From Leptolyngbyaceae cyanobacterium (GTDB taxonomy: Bacteria; Cyanobacteriota; Cyanobacteriia; Phormidesmidales; Phormidesmidaceae), in assembly GCA_050331235.1 (NCBI GenBank), contig JBHJHA010000092.1, forward strand, positions 1 through 46,963: a stretch of DNA of 46,963 nt. Direction: 5' to 3'. The notes below the pieces were generated by a model that ran no database searches, had not been told where the DNA came from, and worked only from the letters and a program-made list of their open reading frames with translations. The position numbers were made by a program, and so were the translations under genes. Shown here in pieces: positions 1 to 10,523 of this stretch (the first letter of the stretch is position 1; each line of letters opens with the position of its first letter).

Positions 1-336
1 TTCTTTCTTCATAAATTTCTCGAATATAATCCGTTATATGTAGATCGCATATGCTAAGCTGCTTCTCTCTTTATATTGGGGCTTGCTTACAGCGCTCTGG
101 GGCAATATCAGCAGGCGATCTCCTTTCACCAGCAATCCCTAGAAATCGCCCGGGAAATTGGTGATCGGCGTGGCGAAGCGAACGCTTTGTTCAATAAAGC
201 AATTGCACTTAATCAGCTCGGTAAGAAGAAAGACGTTCAATCACACTACGAAGCAGCCAAAGCCATCTTCAGCGACCTGGGTTTACAAGACTTGGTTGAG
301 CGCTGTGAAACAGCAATTCAGGCATTAGATGAATAG
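1..336 (+). pseudogene. C-terminal part of a tetratricopeptide-repeat (40-aa TPR_12-type) protein; 5' part degraded or truncated
   Basis: ORF 76-336 reads LGLAYSALGQYQQAISFHQQSLEIAREIGDRRGEANAL. Bases 1-75 are an in-register decayed copy of the same repeat with an in-frame TAA at 55-57. Confidence 0.8.
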
Positions 337-560
337 ATTGCGGCACTTTTTCCTTTCATTGCTACTGCGATCGCCCCCAACATCCACCTAAATGTCGCAG
401 CAGTTTCAGATGGAGCTGTTTCTCTACTTGCAGGCAAGCGGTGAGTATATAAATATTCAGGACGAGACCGAGAGCCTTAAGATATTTTCCAGGCGACTGA
501 TGGAGGTTTGGTCTCAAGCCCAGGAAAAATGGTCGCAGCGAGCTGCCTCTTCGAGTTGAT

Positions 561-1463
561 ATGGTGCCGTTATCCACAAACGCAAAACAATCTGCCCTGG
601 GGCGATCGCTGATCCCCTACCTGTTCCTCACGCCCGCCTTGACGGTGCTGGGGCTGACGGTGTTTTGGCCCGCCATTCAGGCGCTGTATCTCAGCTTCAC
701 CAGCTACGGCTTTGACGTGACCCAACCGCCCCTGTGGATTGGGCTGGAAAACTTTCAGGACTTGCTGCGCGATCGCACCTTTTGGACCACGGTAAAAAAC
801 ACCCTGCTGTATCTGATTGGGGTGGTGCCGCTGCTAGCCATTTTGCCGCTGCTGTTAGCAATTTTGGTGAATCAAAAACTGCGGGGCATTCGCTGGTTTC
901 GCGTGGCGTACTACACACCGGTAGTAATCTCCATGGTGGTCGCGGGGATCGCCTGGCGCTGGCTCTATGCCGAGAACGGCTTTTTCAATCAAATTTTGAC
1001 TGGCTTGGGACTGGTGGAGAGCGGCATCCCCTGGTTGACGAGCCCGGCCCTGGCACTGCCCAGCGTCATGCTCGTCACCATTTGGAAAGGGGTAGGCTAC
1101 TACATGGTGATTTACCTAGCCGGACTGCAGACCATTCCCCCCGATTTGTACGAAGCGGCCGCGATCGAAGGGTCAGACGGCTGGCGCAAGCATTGGGATA
1201 TTACGTTTCCCCTAATGCGGCCTTACATCTTTTTGGTCACGGTGATTTCAGCGATCGCCGCCACCAAAGTGTTTGAAGAAATTTTCATCATGACCCAGGG
1301 GGGACCGCTCAATAGTTCTAAGACCATCGTTTACTACGTATATGAGTTGGCTTTTCAAGAACTGGAACTGAGTTATGCCTGTACGGTGGGGCTAGTGCTT
1401 TTCCTGGTGATTCTGACGCTGTCGATTTTACGGCTGCTGAGCGACCGTTCAGAACTAGTTTGA
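561..1463 (+). CDS. Carbohydrate ABC transporter permease (MalF/LacF-like)
   Basis: About six TM segments and the EAA loop LYEAAAIEGSDGWRKHWDITFPLMRP. Confidence 0.92.
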   Translation: MVPLSTNAKQSALGRSLIPYLFLTPALTVLGLTVFWPAIQALYLSFTSYGFDVTQPPLWIGLENFQDLLRDRTFWTTVKNTLLYLIGVVPLLAILPLLLAILVNQKLRGIRWFRVAYYTPVVISMVVAGIAWRWLYAENGFFNQILTGLGLVESGIPWLTSPALALPSVMLVTIWKGVGYYMVIYLAGLQTIPPDLYEAAAIEGSDGWRKHWDITFPLMRPYIFLVTVISAIAATKVFEEIFIMTQGGPLNSSKTIVYYVYELAFQELELSYACTVGLVLFLVILTLSILRLLSDRSELV

Positions 1464-1553
1464 AGGCGTAGCAAGGCATCAAAAGTCTATACAAAGGCGG
1501 GGTTGCTTCACTCCCTGGCTGGTCACACTGGGAAAGGATGAGCGATTAGGTTT

Positions 1554-2600
1554 ATGAGTCTTCGATTAATTGAGGTGTATTTGCCAAACGAGTATCAGCC
1601 CGCAGTCGAATCGCTACTTTCCCATCGGTCGATTGTCCACAGTTGGTATGAGCCGTATTTTCAAGACCAAGTCTGGGTCAGAATCTTGGTCAAATCGACC
1701 GAAGCAGAACCAGTCGTGGATGAGTTTGCCGATAAATTTGAGGCTGTTGAAGATTTTCGGCTCTTGTTGCTCAACGTTGAAACTTCTCTGCCTAGTCAAA
1801 CCCAAACGGACTCGGCTGAGGCTAATGGCCAATCGTCCAACGACCGCTCAGAACTTGATCCCAAGTCGGCTCGCATCAGCCGAGGGGAAGTCTACGATCG
1901 CATCATTCAAAGTGCTCAGCTCTCCTGGGTGCAGCTCGCGATGCTGGTGATCTCCACGATCATTGCTGCCATTGGCATTATCCGGGACAGTCAAGCGGTC
2001 GTCATTGGGGCGATGGTGATTGCGCCGCTCCTCGGCCCCAACATGGCCTTGGCAGTGGCGACTACCCTTGGTGATCGCGTCCTCGTGTTTCGCACGCTAC
2101 GCACCGGTGCGATCGGCATTCTGCTAGCCTTTTCGCTGTCGGCGGCATTTGGTCATTTTTGGTCAGTGTCACTAGACTCTTCAGAAATTGCCGATCGCAT
2201 GCATATTGGTTGGCAGGATGGGATTTTGGCCTTTGCCTCCGGGGTGGCTGGGGCGATCGCCCTGACGACAGAAGAACGCAGTAGCATCGTGGGTGTGATG
2301 GTGTCGGTCGCGCTGCTGCCGCCCTTAGTGGTGGTCGGGCTGATGGTTGGTGCGGCGTACTGGTCAGAAGCTATCATCGCCGGAATGCTGACCATCACCA
2401 ACCTAATTTGTCTCAATTTGGCAGCGATTAGTACGTTTCTGATTCAAGATTTGCGGCCGCGGCAGCAGCAAGATGCGACCCAAGCCAGGCAGGTGACCCA
2501 GGTTGCATACACTATCTGGATCATCCTGCTGTTAGGGTTAATCGGGGTCGTCCTGCTCATTCGCATGTACGATTTGCCCGTCTTGAACTCAAACTTTTAG
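1554..2600 (+). CDS. TIGR00341/DUF389 family membrane protein
   Basis: AVVIGAMVIAPLLGP and VGVMVSVALLPP motifs with multiple TM helices. Confidence 0.88.
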   Translation: MSLRLIEVYLPNEYQPAVESLLSHRSIVHSWYEPYFQDQVWVRILVKSTEAEPVVDEFADKFEAVEDFRLLLLNVETSLPSQTQTDSAEANGQSSNDRSELDPKSARISRGEVYDRIIQSAQLSWVQLAMLVISTIIAAIGIIRDSQAVVIGAMVIAPLLGPNMALAVATTLGDRVLVFRTLRTGAIGILLAFSLSAAFGHFWSVSLDSSEIADRMHIGWQDGILAFASGVAGAIALTTEERSSIVGVMVSVALLPPLVVVGLMVGAAYWSEAIIAGMLTITNLICLNLAAISTFLIQDLRPRQQQDATQARQVTQVAYTIWIILLLGLIGVVLLIRMYDLPVLNSNF

Positions 2601-2957
2601 GGCGATCGCCGTCAGTCTCACTCTACGCGGGGGGCGATTGTGAGGTGCATTCCAGCCGGTGCCACCGGCAGCTTTACCCAGCAGTGCTCTCACCTACTGC
2701 GCTGCGCAAAGTATGCAGCGTAAGCCTCACATTCGCCTCCGTCTACTTGACCCTGCTACCCAGCACCTTACCGACATTCCCTGACAATCTATGCTGGATT
2801 ACCTTAGATACTGCTATAAGCTAAACGAGATTCAAAGTTCGTTCTTAAAAAGCGCGGAAGTATATCGTCCGAACGAAAACCAGTGGCCGGCCTTGTGTCA
2901 AAATGTAGGCGGTTTGCCAGCCTGTTGCCCAGCACAGTGGAGAAGGCATAAATAGTT

Positions 2958-5048
2958 ATGGAATCAATCGAGCCAATATATCAATACGCCTGGCTAGTCC
3001 CCGTGTTACCTCTTGTGGGGGCCGCGATCGTCGGCACGGGACTAATCAGCTACAGCCAAACAACGAGCACGCTGAGACGTCCCTCGGCCGTCTTTATCGT
3101 TTCGCTCACCGGGGCAGCGATGGTGCTGTCTTTTTTACTCTTTTTTAGTCAGGTCCAGGGACACGAGACCTTTACCCGCACCATTGAGTGGGCATCAGCC
3201 GGCGACTTTACGCTGACGATGGGATACACCATTGACCATCTCGCTTCCCTAATGTTGGTGATTGTGACGACGGTTGCGTTTCTCGTCATGATTTACACCG
3301 ACGGTTACATGGCTCACGACCCTGGCTATGTACGTTTCTATGCCTATCTCAGTCTGTTCAGTTCCTCTATGTTGGGGCTAGTCATCAGCCCTAACCTGCT
3401 ACAAATCTATGTGTTTTGGGAACTGGTGGGCATGTGCTCATACCTGCTGATTGGCTTTTGGTATAGCCGCGATGGCGCTGCTGATGCTTGTCAGAAAGCC
3501 TTTATTACCAACCGGGTAGGTGACTTTGGCCTGCTGTTAGGCATGCTGGCGCTTTATTGGGCTACAGGCAGCTTTGAGTTTGACGTCATGGGCGATCGCC
3601 TCACAGCGCTCGTTGAGGGTGGTACGTTGACGGCGGGGGTGGCGGCCATCTTTGCGGTTCTCGTTTTCTTGGGACCGATGGCCAAGTCTGCCCAGTTCCC
3701 CCTGCACGTGTGGCTACCTGACGCGATGGAAGGCCCAACGCCGATCTCCGCGCTGATTCACGCGGCTACGATGGTTGCCGCCGGCATCTTTTTGGTGGCT
3801 CGCATGTTCCCCGTGTTTGAGGAACTGCCCACGGTCATGACCATCATTGCCTGGGTGGGTTGCTTCACGGCCTTTATGGGAGCCAGCATTGCCATCACGC
3901 AAAACGACATTAAAAAGGGACTGGCCTACTCCACCATGTCGCAGTTGGGCTACATGATGATGGCCATGGGCGTTGGCGCTTACGGCGCTGGCCTTTTCCA
4001 CCTGATGACCCACGCTTACTTCAAAGCGATGCTGTTCCTGTGTTCAGGTTCTGTAATCCACGGCATGGAAGAAGTGGTCGGCCACAACCCCGTCCTGGCT
4101 CAGGACATGCGCCTGATGGGCGGGCTGCGCAAGTACATGCCTGTAACGGCCCTCACCTTCTTGGTCGGCACCTTGGCTATCTGTGGCATCCCTCCTTTTG
4201 CTGGGTTCTGGTCCAAGGATGAGATTTTGGGCTCGACTTTCGAAGTCAGCCCGGTACTCTGGGCGATCGGCTGGTTGACCGCTGGGATTACTGCGTTTTA
4301 CATGTTCCGCATGTACTTCAGCACCTTTGAGGGTGAGTTTCGTGGTACCAATGCCGAAATTCAGACCCAGCTCAAGCGGGAGCAGCTCATGGCAATGGGC
4401 GCTTCCCTCGGTCCGGGCGCGATGAATCCCCAAGAGCTCACCCTGGAGGCTGAGGATGATCACGGCCATGATGAGCATCATGCTGAGACGCCCCATGAGT
4501 CACCCATTTCGATGACGCTGCCGTTGGTGACGCTAGCGATTCCATCTGCGTTGATTGGTTTGGTGGGCACGCCCTTTGTCAATTACTTTGAGGCGTTTAT
4601 CCACCCCGCAGGCGAAGAGGTGGAAGCCCTGATGCCGTGGTCAGAGGCTTTTGCTGAGTTTGAGTGGTCTGAGTTCCTGATCATGGGGGGCTCATCTGTC
4701 GGAATTGGCCTGATAGGGATTTCCCTAGCGGTGCTGATGTATGCTCAGCACAAGATTGATCCGGCCGCGATCGCTAACCAGATTCAGCCGTTGTACAAGT
4801 TGTCAAAAAACAAGTGGTACATCGACGAAATCTACAATTCGGTGTTTGTTAAGGGCTGCCGCAACTTGGCTAAACAGGTATTGGCGATCGATATCCGCAT
4901 TGTCGACGGCATTGTCAACCTGGCTGGCTTTGTCACCCTCGTCACCGGCGAAGGTCTGAAGTATCTGGAAAATGGCCGAGCTCAGTTCTATGCACTCATT
5001 GTTTTTGGTGCCGTTTTAGGTCTGGTCCTGGTTTCCGGTATCAGTTAA
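2958..5048 (+). CDS. ndhF1: NAD(P)H-quinone oxidoreductase (NDH-1) subunit 5, NdhF1
   Basis: YQYAWLVPVLPL start, KSAQFPLHVWLPDAMEGPTPISALIHAATMVAAG, C-terminal ENGRAQFYALIVF. Confidence 0.97.
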   Translation: MESIEPIYQYAWLVPVLPLVGAAIVGTGLISYSQTTSTLRRPSAVFIVSLTGAAMVLSFLLFFSQVQGHETFTRTIEWASAGDFTLTMGYTIDHLASLMLVIVTTVAFLVMIYTDGYMAHDPGYVRFYAYLSLFSSSMLGLVISPNLLQIYVFWELVGMCSYLLIGFWYSRDGAADACQKAFITNRVGDFGLLLGMLALYWATGSFEFDVMGDRLTALVEGGTLTAGVAAIFAVLVFLGPMAKSAQFPLHVWLPDAMEGPTPISALIHAATMVAAGIFLVARMFPVFEELPTVMTIIAWVGCFTAFMGASIAITQNDIKKGLAYSTMSQLGYMMMAMGVGAYGAGLFHLMTHAYFKAMLFLCSGSVIHGMEEVVGHNPVLAQDMRLMGGLRKYMPVTALTFLVGTLAICGIPPFAGFWSKDEILGSTFEVSPVLWAIGWLTAGITAFYMFRMYFSTFEGEFRGTNAEIQTQLKREQLMAMGASLGPGAMNPQELTLEAEDDHGHDEHHAETPHESPISMTLPLVTLAIPSALIGLVGTPFVNYFEAFIHPAGEEVEALMPWSEAFAEFEWSEFLIMGGSSVGIGLIGISLAVLMYAQHKIDPAAIANQIQPLYKLSKNKWYIDEIYNSVFVKGCRNLAKQVLAIDIRIVDGIVNLAGFVTLVTGEGLKYLENGRAQFYALIVFGAVLGLVLVSGIS

Positions 5049-5257
5049 CGGCCGAGAGTTTGTATCGGGCTGACACCGGTTGTTAGCCCGATTTTGACTC
5101 GAAAATTCTTTGGTAGATTAAAAACTTGTTGCGATTTACCGAGACTTTCCTTGATACCCTCTAAAGTCTTGTGTAAGTGTCTGTCTAAATCCCAAGCAGA
5201 AACTGCCCAATCAGTTCTGTTGGCACTCATTCATCTCCAAGCAACCCAGATTTTCCT

Positions 5258-6847
5258 ATGTAACTTGCTCAATATCCCTGGCTGACGGTCACCATTCTGC
5301 TGCCCATAACCGCTGCCCTATTTATTCCTATCATTCCCGATAAAGCCGGCAAGACCTTGCGCTGGTACGCCCTGATTGTGGGCCTCATCGACTTTGTTTT
5401 GCTCGTAACTGCTTTTTACTTAGGGTTTGACTTTGCCAATCCTGGCTTACAGCTGGCTGAGAGCTATACCTGGGTACCTCAACTCGACCTCAAATGGTCC
5501 GTTGGAGCCGACGGCTTGTCGATGCCACTGATTTTGCTAACGGGGTTCATTACGACTCTGGCGATTTTGGCTTCCTGGCCTGTGACCCTAAAGCCGAAGT
5601 TGTTTTATTTCCTCATGTTAGCGATGTACAGCGGTCAGCTCGGTGTCTTTGCCGTGCAGGATATGCTGCTGTTCTTCTTTATGTGGGAGCTAGAGCTGAT
5701 TCCGGTTTACCTGCTGCTATCGATTTGGGGCGGTAAAAAGCGGCTCTATGCAGCGACCAAGTTTATTCTCTATACCGCGATTGGGTCGCTCTTTATCCTG
5801 GTTGCAGCTTTGGCGATGGCCTTCTACGGAGACGTAGTCAGTTTTGACATGGTCACCCTGGCGGCTAAAGAATATCCGGTCAAGTTCCAGCTCTTCATGT
5901 ATCTGGCATTTCTGATTGCCTATGCGGTCAAGTTGCCCATCTTTCCGTTACACACCTGGCTGCCGGATGCCCACGGGGAAGCCACAGCACCTGTTCATAT
6001 GCTGCTAGCCGGCATCTTGCTAAAGATGGGGGGCTACGCCATTATTCGTATGAATGTTGGGATGTTGCCGGATGCCCACGCGATCGTGGCTCCAGTGCTG
6101 GTCATTTTCGGCATTATCAATATTATTTACGCTGCGCTTACGTCTTTTGCCCAGCGCAATCTAAAGCGGAAAATTGCGTACTCGTCTATTTCTCACATGG
6201 GCTTTGTCATCATCGGCATCGCCTCCTTTACCAACCTGGGCTTGAGCGGCGCTGTCCTGCAGATGGTTTCCCACGGCTTGATTGGGGCCAGCCTGTTTTT
6301 CCTGGTGGGGGCTACCTACGATCGCACCCACACCCTGATCTTGAGCGAGATGGGGGGCGTCGGCAAAAAAATGCCGAAGATTTTTGCCATGTTCACCACC
6401 TGCTCGATGGCCTCCCTGGCGCTCCCCGGCATGAGTGGCTTTGTCGCTGAACTCATGGTCTTTGTTGGCTTTGCCACCAGTGATGCTTACTCCTTTACGT
6501 TCAAGCTGATTGCGGTGATGTTGATGGCTGTCGGGGTCATCTTGACACCGATCTATCTCTTGACAATGCTCCGTGAAATCTTTTATGGCCCTGAGAATAA
6601 GGAGTTGGTAGAGCACGAAGTGCTGGTGGATGCGGAACCCCGGGAAGTGTTCATCATTGCCTGTCTGCTAATTCCTATTATTGGGTTTGGGCTATATCCC
6701 AAAATGCTGACTCAGGTGTATGACACGACAACCTTGCGGTTCACCGATAGCCTGCGGGCTCGGGCTTTTGATAGCACGGAAGAAGTCGAAACGCTGGCCT
6801 TTTTGCCACGGCTCAAAGCTCCGGAACTCCCCACTGCACCTCAGTGA
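5258..6847 (+). CDS. ndhD1: NDH-1 subunit 4, NdhD1; codon 2 is TAA as sequenced
   Basis: [35 protein letters not shown], directly downstream of ndhF1. The conserved N-terminus ([11 protein letters not shown]...[14 protein letters not shown]) extends in frame to ATG 5258, followed by TAA 5261-5263. The ORF track starts at TTG 5357. Confidence 0.93.
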
Positions 6848-6909
6848 CGCCAAAAGGGGAATCCCTGAGTGGTAGCTGTAAACGCCTGCCCGATCAGTTT
6901 GTGGCTCGC

Positions 6910-6954
6910 AAGAATTCCCCGCTGTTGGAACTTATTCTGACCCGGGGAATTCTT
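6910..6954 (+). terminator. Hairpin/putative terminator after ndhD1
   Basis: 12-bp inverted repeat AAGAATTCCCCG ... CGGGGAATTCTT. Confidence 0.5.
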
Positions 6955-7368
6955 AATTAACAGGGTGGTTGATAACGATGTTAGTACGTAAGCGTTTTCC
7001 TTGATGTGGCGATCGCCTACGGTGACTTCTGGCCTGAGTGGAAATACTATTTCTGCGAATCACGACTATACATAGATTCTTCGAAGCCCCTTTTTCAAGG
7101 TGGCAGCGACAGCGGGAGATCTTCAAAGCTGTAGCGTTATTACAGAGAATTGGTGTAAGCCCAGTTCTGAGCCAATTATTCGCTCAAGCTTACGCTTGGG
7201 CCAACTTGGTCATCAGCCATAGACATAAACAAAAATATTGTTTTGGTTTTATTAAATCACTCAGGAAAAATTTGGTGTATTCCCTAACCGGATACCGTCC
7301 CCCAGTTCAGTATGGTGTTGATAGCACCGCCCTTCATTGACTCTACTGTTTCACTGATTTCAAAGACA

Positions 7369-8835
7369 ATGCAAAATCTGTGGTCCCGTTGCCTGCGAAC
7401 AGGCGCCTACGTTTTAGGAACGACAGCCAGCTTGACATTGACCGGCACACTAACTCCCTCAACCCCATTGGATTGGCAAAGCTGGAGCATCTTGCCAGCG
7501 GCGATCGCTCAAGATGTGGAAGAACAAACCAATATTGAGGTTTATCGGGCGGCGAGTCCGGCTGTAGTCTCGGTGGAAGCGGGAGAAGGCTCTGGCAGCG
7601 GCAGCATTATCACGGCGGATGGCTTGGTGTTGACCAACGCCCATGTGGTGGGTGGAGAATCAACCGCCCGGGTTCGGTTAGCAGATGGCCGGGAATTCAC
7701 GGGAGACGTGATTGGCTTTCCCACTAGCCGAGTCGATCTGGCGGCAATTCGTTTGCGCAACAGCCCCGGTGACTTGCCCACGATTGATATTGCTCCGGCT
7801 AACTCCGTAGAGGTAGGGCAGCGGGCCTTTGCCATTGGCAATCCATTTGGTTTAGAGGGAACGTTTACTGTCGGTATTGTTAGCCGCATCGACCCTGAGC
7901 GGGGGCTCATTCAAACCGACGCGGCGATTAACCCTGGTAACTCGGGTGGCCCACTCCTAGGCAGTGACGGACGACTAATTGGCGTTAACGTCTCGATTTT
8001 TACGACGCAGCAAAGTGGCGGCAACATTGGCATCGGGTTTGCGATCCCGGTGGCCGAGGTGGAAAGTTTCATCGCTGAAGTGAGGAATGGTACGGCCCTA
8101 ACGACTGCGAGTGTAGTGGGCAATGGGGGGGGGCGTCCTCCAGAGGCGATCGCCGTTAACGACATCGTATCGGGTGAACTGAGTTCTGGCAGCGATGTGT
8201 TACCCGACGGCAGCTTTTTTGACGCCTATATTTTTGAGGGACGACGAGGGCAGCAGGTTGCCATTGAAATGATTAGCCGCGATCTGGATCCCTATTTGAT
8301 CTTGTTAAGCCAAGATAGCGATAGCTTGTATTTAGAAGACGATGACAGTGCTGGCGAATTCAATGCTCGTCTAGTAACCACGTTGCCCGCTGATGGCGAG
8401 TACATTATCCTGGCAAATTCCTTCGGCCGGGGTGAACAGGGCAGCTACGATTTGCGCCTCAGTGAAGTGGATGGCAGAGTTGGCACGGCCCCTGAGACGA
8501 ATGGGGACACTTTTTCTGGGCCGTTTCTCTTACAGGAAAGCGGCTTGCTGGCCCGAGGCGACAGCCTTGCCCCCGATGGCACCCTCTATGACGAATACAG
8601 CTTTAATGGTGAACCTGGACAAACAGTTACCATTCGTCTAGAAAGCAGCGAATTTGATACTTATTTAGCGGTGGTCGATAGCTTGGGCAATTTGATTGCG
8701 GAAAACGATGATGCGGACTCCAATAGCACCAACTCCGAGGTGTCCTTTGCCCTCCCCGATACCGGACCATTCTTGATTATCGTGAATGGCTACTCGACGA
8801 GCGACCAGGGACAATATCGTCTGACGGTGCGCTGA
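7369..8835 (+). CDS. Exported trypsin-like (HtrA/Deg-type S1C) serine protease with two C-terminal PPC-like domains
   Basis: Catalytic triad LTNAHVV / VDLA / GNSGGP; two repeats YxFxGxxGQxVxIxxxSxxxDxYL...DDD; signal-like N-terminus. Alternative start 7312. Confidence 0.88.
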   Translation: MQNLWSRCLRTGAYVLGTTASLTLTGTLTPSTPLDWQSWSILPAAIAQDVEEQTNIEVYRAASPAVVSVEAGEGSGSGSIITADGLVLTNAHVVGGESTARVRLADGREFTGDVIGFPTSRVDLAAIRLRNSPGDLPTIDIAPANSVEVGQRAFAIGNPFGLEGTFTVGIVSRIDPERGLIQTDAAINPGNSGGPLLGSDGRLIGVNVSIFTTQQSGGNIGIGFAIPVAEVESFIAEVRNGTALTTASVVGNGGGRPPEAIAVNDIVSGELSSGSDVLPDGSFFDAYIFEGRRGQQVAIEMISRDLDPYLILLSQDSDSLYLEDDDSAGEFNARLVTTLPADGEYIILANSFGRGEQGSYDLRLSEVDGRVGTAPETNGDTFSGPFLLQESGLLARGDSLAPDGTLYDEYSFNGEPGQTVTIRLESSEFDTYLAVVDSLGNLIAENDDADSNSTNSEVSFALPDTGPFLIIVNGYSTSDQGQYRLTVR

Positions 8836-8872
8836 GCCTGGTTCGTGCTGGCAATTCCTAATTTGGAAGCGA

Positions 8873-9121
8873 TTAGAGACCCAGCCAAGTAAAAAAATCT
8901 TGGCGGGTAATCAGCTCCAACATCAACAGGGCGACAAAGCCAACCATGGCAAAGCGGCCATTAATCCGCTCGGCATAAGCATTCCAGCCAAATGTCGGGA
9001 GATCGGAACTGGGTTGCGCTGCGGAATCGGTCGTTTCAGTATTCGCTTCTGCAGCAGTCTCATTCTCAAGGGGTTTATTGGCTGTAGGGTCGGATGAGGT
9101 CGCTTGGGGATCAGTCATCAT
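8873..9121 (-). CDS. High-light-inducible (CAB/ELIP/HLIP) protein
   Basis: FGWNAYAERINGRFAMVGF chlorophyll-binding ExxNxR motif. Confidence 0.9.
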   Translation of the reverse strand: MMTDPQATSSDPTANKPLENETAAEANTETTDSAAQPSSDLPTFGWNAYAERINGRFAMVGFVALLMLELITRQDFFTWLGL

Positions 9122-9155
9122 GGCACCTGTCAATCAATCAATACTCAAAATCACC

Positions 9156-10268
9156 TTACTGCAAGCTGGTTTCCATTGGCTCATCGAATGCCGTGAAATG
9201 GGGCGCAGAACTCGGTGATACATCGGATGGAATTTGCGGCAAGTGGGGAGCGATCACCCGGGCACTAATGCCGGCTTTGTGAGCGGCCATGACACCGATG
9301 GCTTCAAGGTAAGAGCGTACGGGCGTGGCAGTGATGCCAACTTGCTCTGGGGGAATCGAAAGGGTCGTGGTGTTGTCTTCAACCGCAATGAACTGAGCAG
9401 AGGTTCTGCTGAGACTCAACAGTCCACTCCCCCCAAAAGCCGTAGCTGGGGCTATGACCGCATCTACCTGCTCGCGATACAAGCCGTCAGAACGGCGATC
9501 TCCGGGCAAGACAAACTGGGGCGCTCGACTCAAGCCAGCCAGCACGCAGGGCAAAAAAGTATGACCGAGTTCCTCCGCAGCTGACTTAGGCGAGAGAGCG
9601 GGATCGAGAGGCAAACTACTCAGGGCGGGGGCATGGGCACAGGGCACTTGAAACTCACGCACCAAGAGATGACTGATGACTGCTTCTGCCCCGGCTAGGG
9701 GGTCGACCCCCCGACCTTGGCGATAACTGTTCAAGGCGGGGGAGTCCTCGTCGTCGGGAAATCGTACGACCACTGCAATCGCTTCCGCCCCAATTTGTAA
9801 AAGCCGGGCGGCCGCTCGCAGCAGGGTATCCGGATAAGCGATCGTGCCCCAAGTTGACCCCGACTCCGCCGTTCTTAAGGTGACGCCAACGGGGCAGTCC
9901 GTAACCACATAGTCAGTCATCGCAAGCCCTAAGGTCGCTCTAGCGGCATCGGCCGCTTGTAGATGTCTCCACCGCAGCGGCGTCTCAATCCCAGCATCCA
10001 AAATCAGGCCAATCCGGTTGCTATGAACTGGCCGTAGCCCCCAGCGGCCCGCAGCAAACTGATCAAGCCCATACCCCTCAACATAAAGCGCATTAGGCAG
10101 GGGCCAATATAGCTGTGCTCCATTCAGGACGTTGGGATGGGTAATCAGAGTGTCAGTGACTTGAGCAACGGCTCGAGCCACCGGTAGACCATCGCCGGCA
10201 TAGCCCCCGATGGCGGCCCCGACCCCCGTGGGCACAATCAAAACAGCCGTGTAAGGACGCTGAAACAT
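9156..10268 (-). CDS. DUF3326 family protein
   Basis: LIVPTGVGAAIGGYAGD, LITHPNVLNGA, GVDPLAGAEAVISH motifs. Confidence 0.88.
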   Translation of the reverse strand: MFQRPYTAVLIVPTGVGAAIGGYAGDGLPVARAVAQVTDTLITHPNVLNGAQLYWPLPNALYVEGYGLDQFAAGRWGLRPVHSNRIGLILDAGIETPLRWRHLQAADAARATLGLAMTDYVVTDCPVGVTLRTAESGSTWGTIAYPDTLLRAAARLLQIGAEAIAVVVRFPDDEDSPALNSYRQGRGVDPLAGAEAVISHLLVREFQVPCAHAPALSSLPLDPALSPKSAAEELGHTFLPCVLAGLSRAPQFVLPGDRRSDGLYREQVDAVIAPATAFGGSGLLSLSRTSAQFIAVEDNTTTLSIPPEQVGITATPVRSYLEAIGVMAAHKAGISARVIAPHLPQIPSDVSPSSAPHFTAFDEPMETSLQ

Positions 10269-10282
10269 GACTGCTCGAGAGC

Positions 10283-10459
10283 CTATTGTTTTTGCGTGAC
10301 GACCGCTTCGATGTGGGCCTTACGGGTGGTTTGGTTCACGTTTACAATTTCCCAACGTAGCGGCTTCCCCCGCTTTTCAAGTTCTGTCTCAACTTGGGTG
10401 GGTAAGTCCGCAGGATCTTCAGCTAGATCAATTTCTGCAGAGATAAAGTGAGTGGTCAT
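10283..10459 (-). CDS. Conserved cyanobacterial small hypothetical protein (58 aa)
   Basis: MTTHFISAEIDL...GKPLRWEIV...AHIEAVVT, between the ferredoxin and DUF3326 genes. The longer ORF-track start overlaps the ferredoxin gene. Confidence 0.75.
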   Translation of the reverse strand: MTTHFISAEIDLAEDPADLPTQVETELEKRGKPLRWEIVNVNQTTRKAHIEAVVTQKQ

Positions 10460-10523
10460 GGCTAGACTCCGACGGAATGAATAGAGCAAATTTTGTAGTT
10501 GCAGCCCAACAAGAAGACCACAC

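Noticed and set aside
1..75. IS end interrupting the TPR gene
   Set aside because: The segment aligns in register with the downstream TPR repeat and shows no IS terminus.
5094..5285. 63-aa ORF between ndhF1 and ndhD1
   Set aside because: TTG start, no recognisable protein features, and it overlaps the true ndhD1 start; probably promoter or UTR sequence.
7038..7340. 100-aa ORF upstream of the protease
   Set aside because: Lies in an AT-rich promoter-like region, has a GTG start and no recognisable motif.
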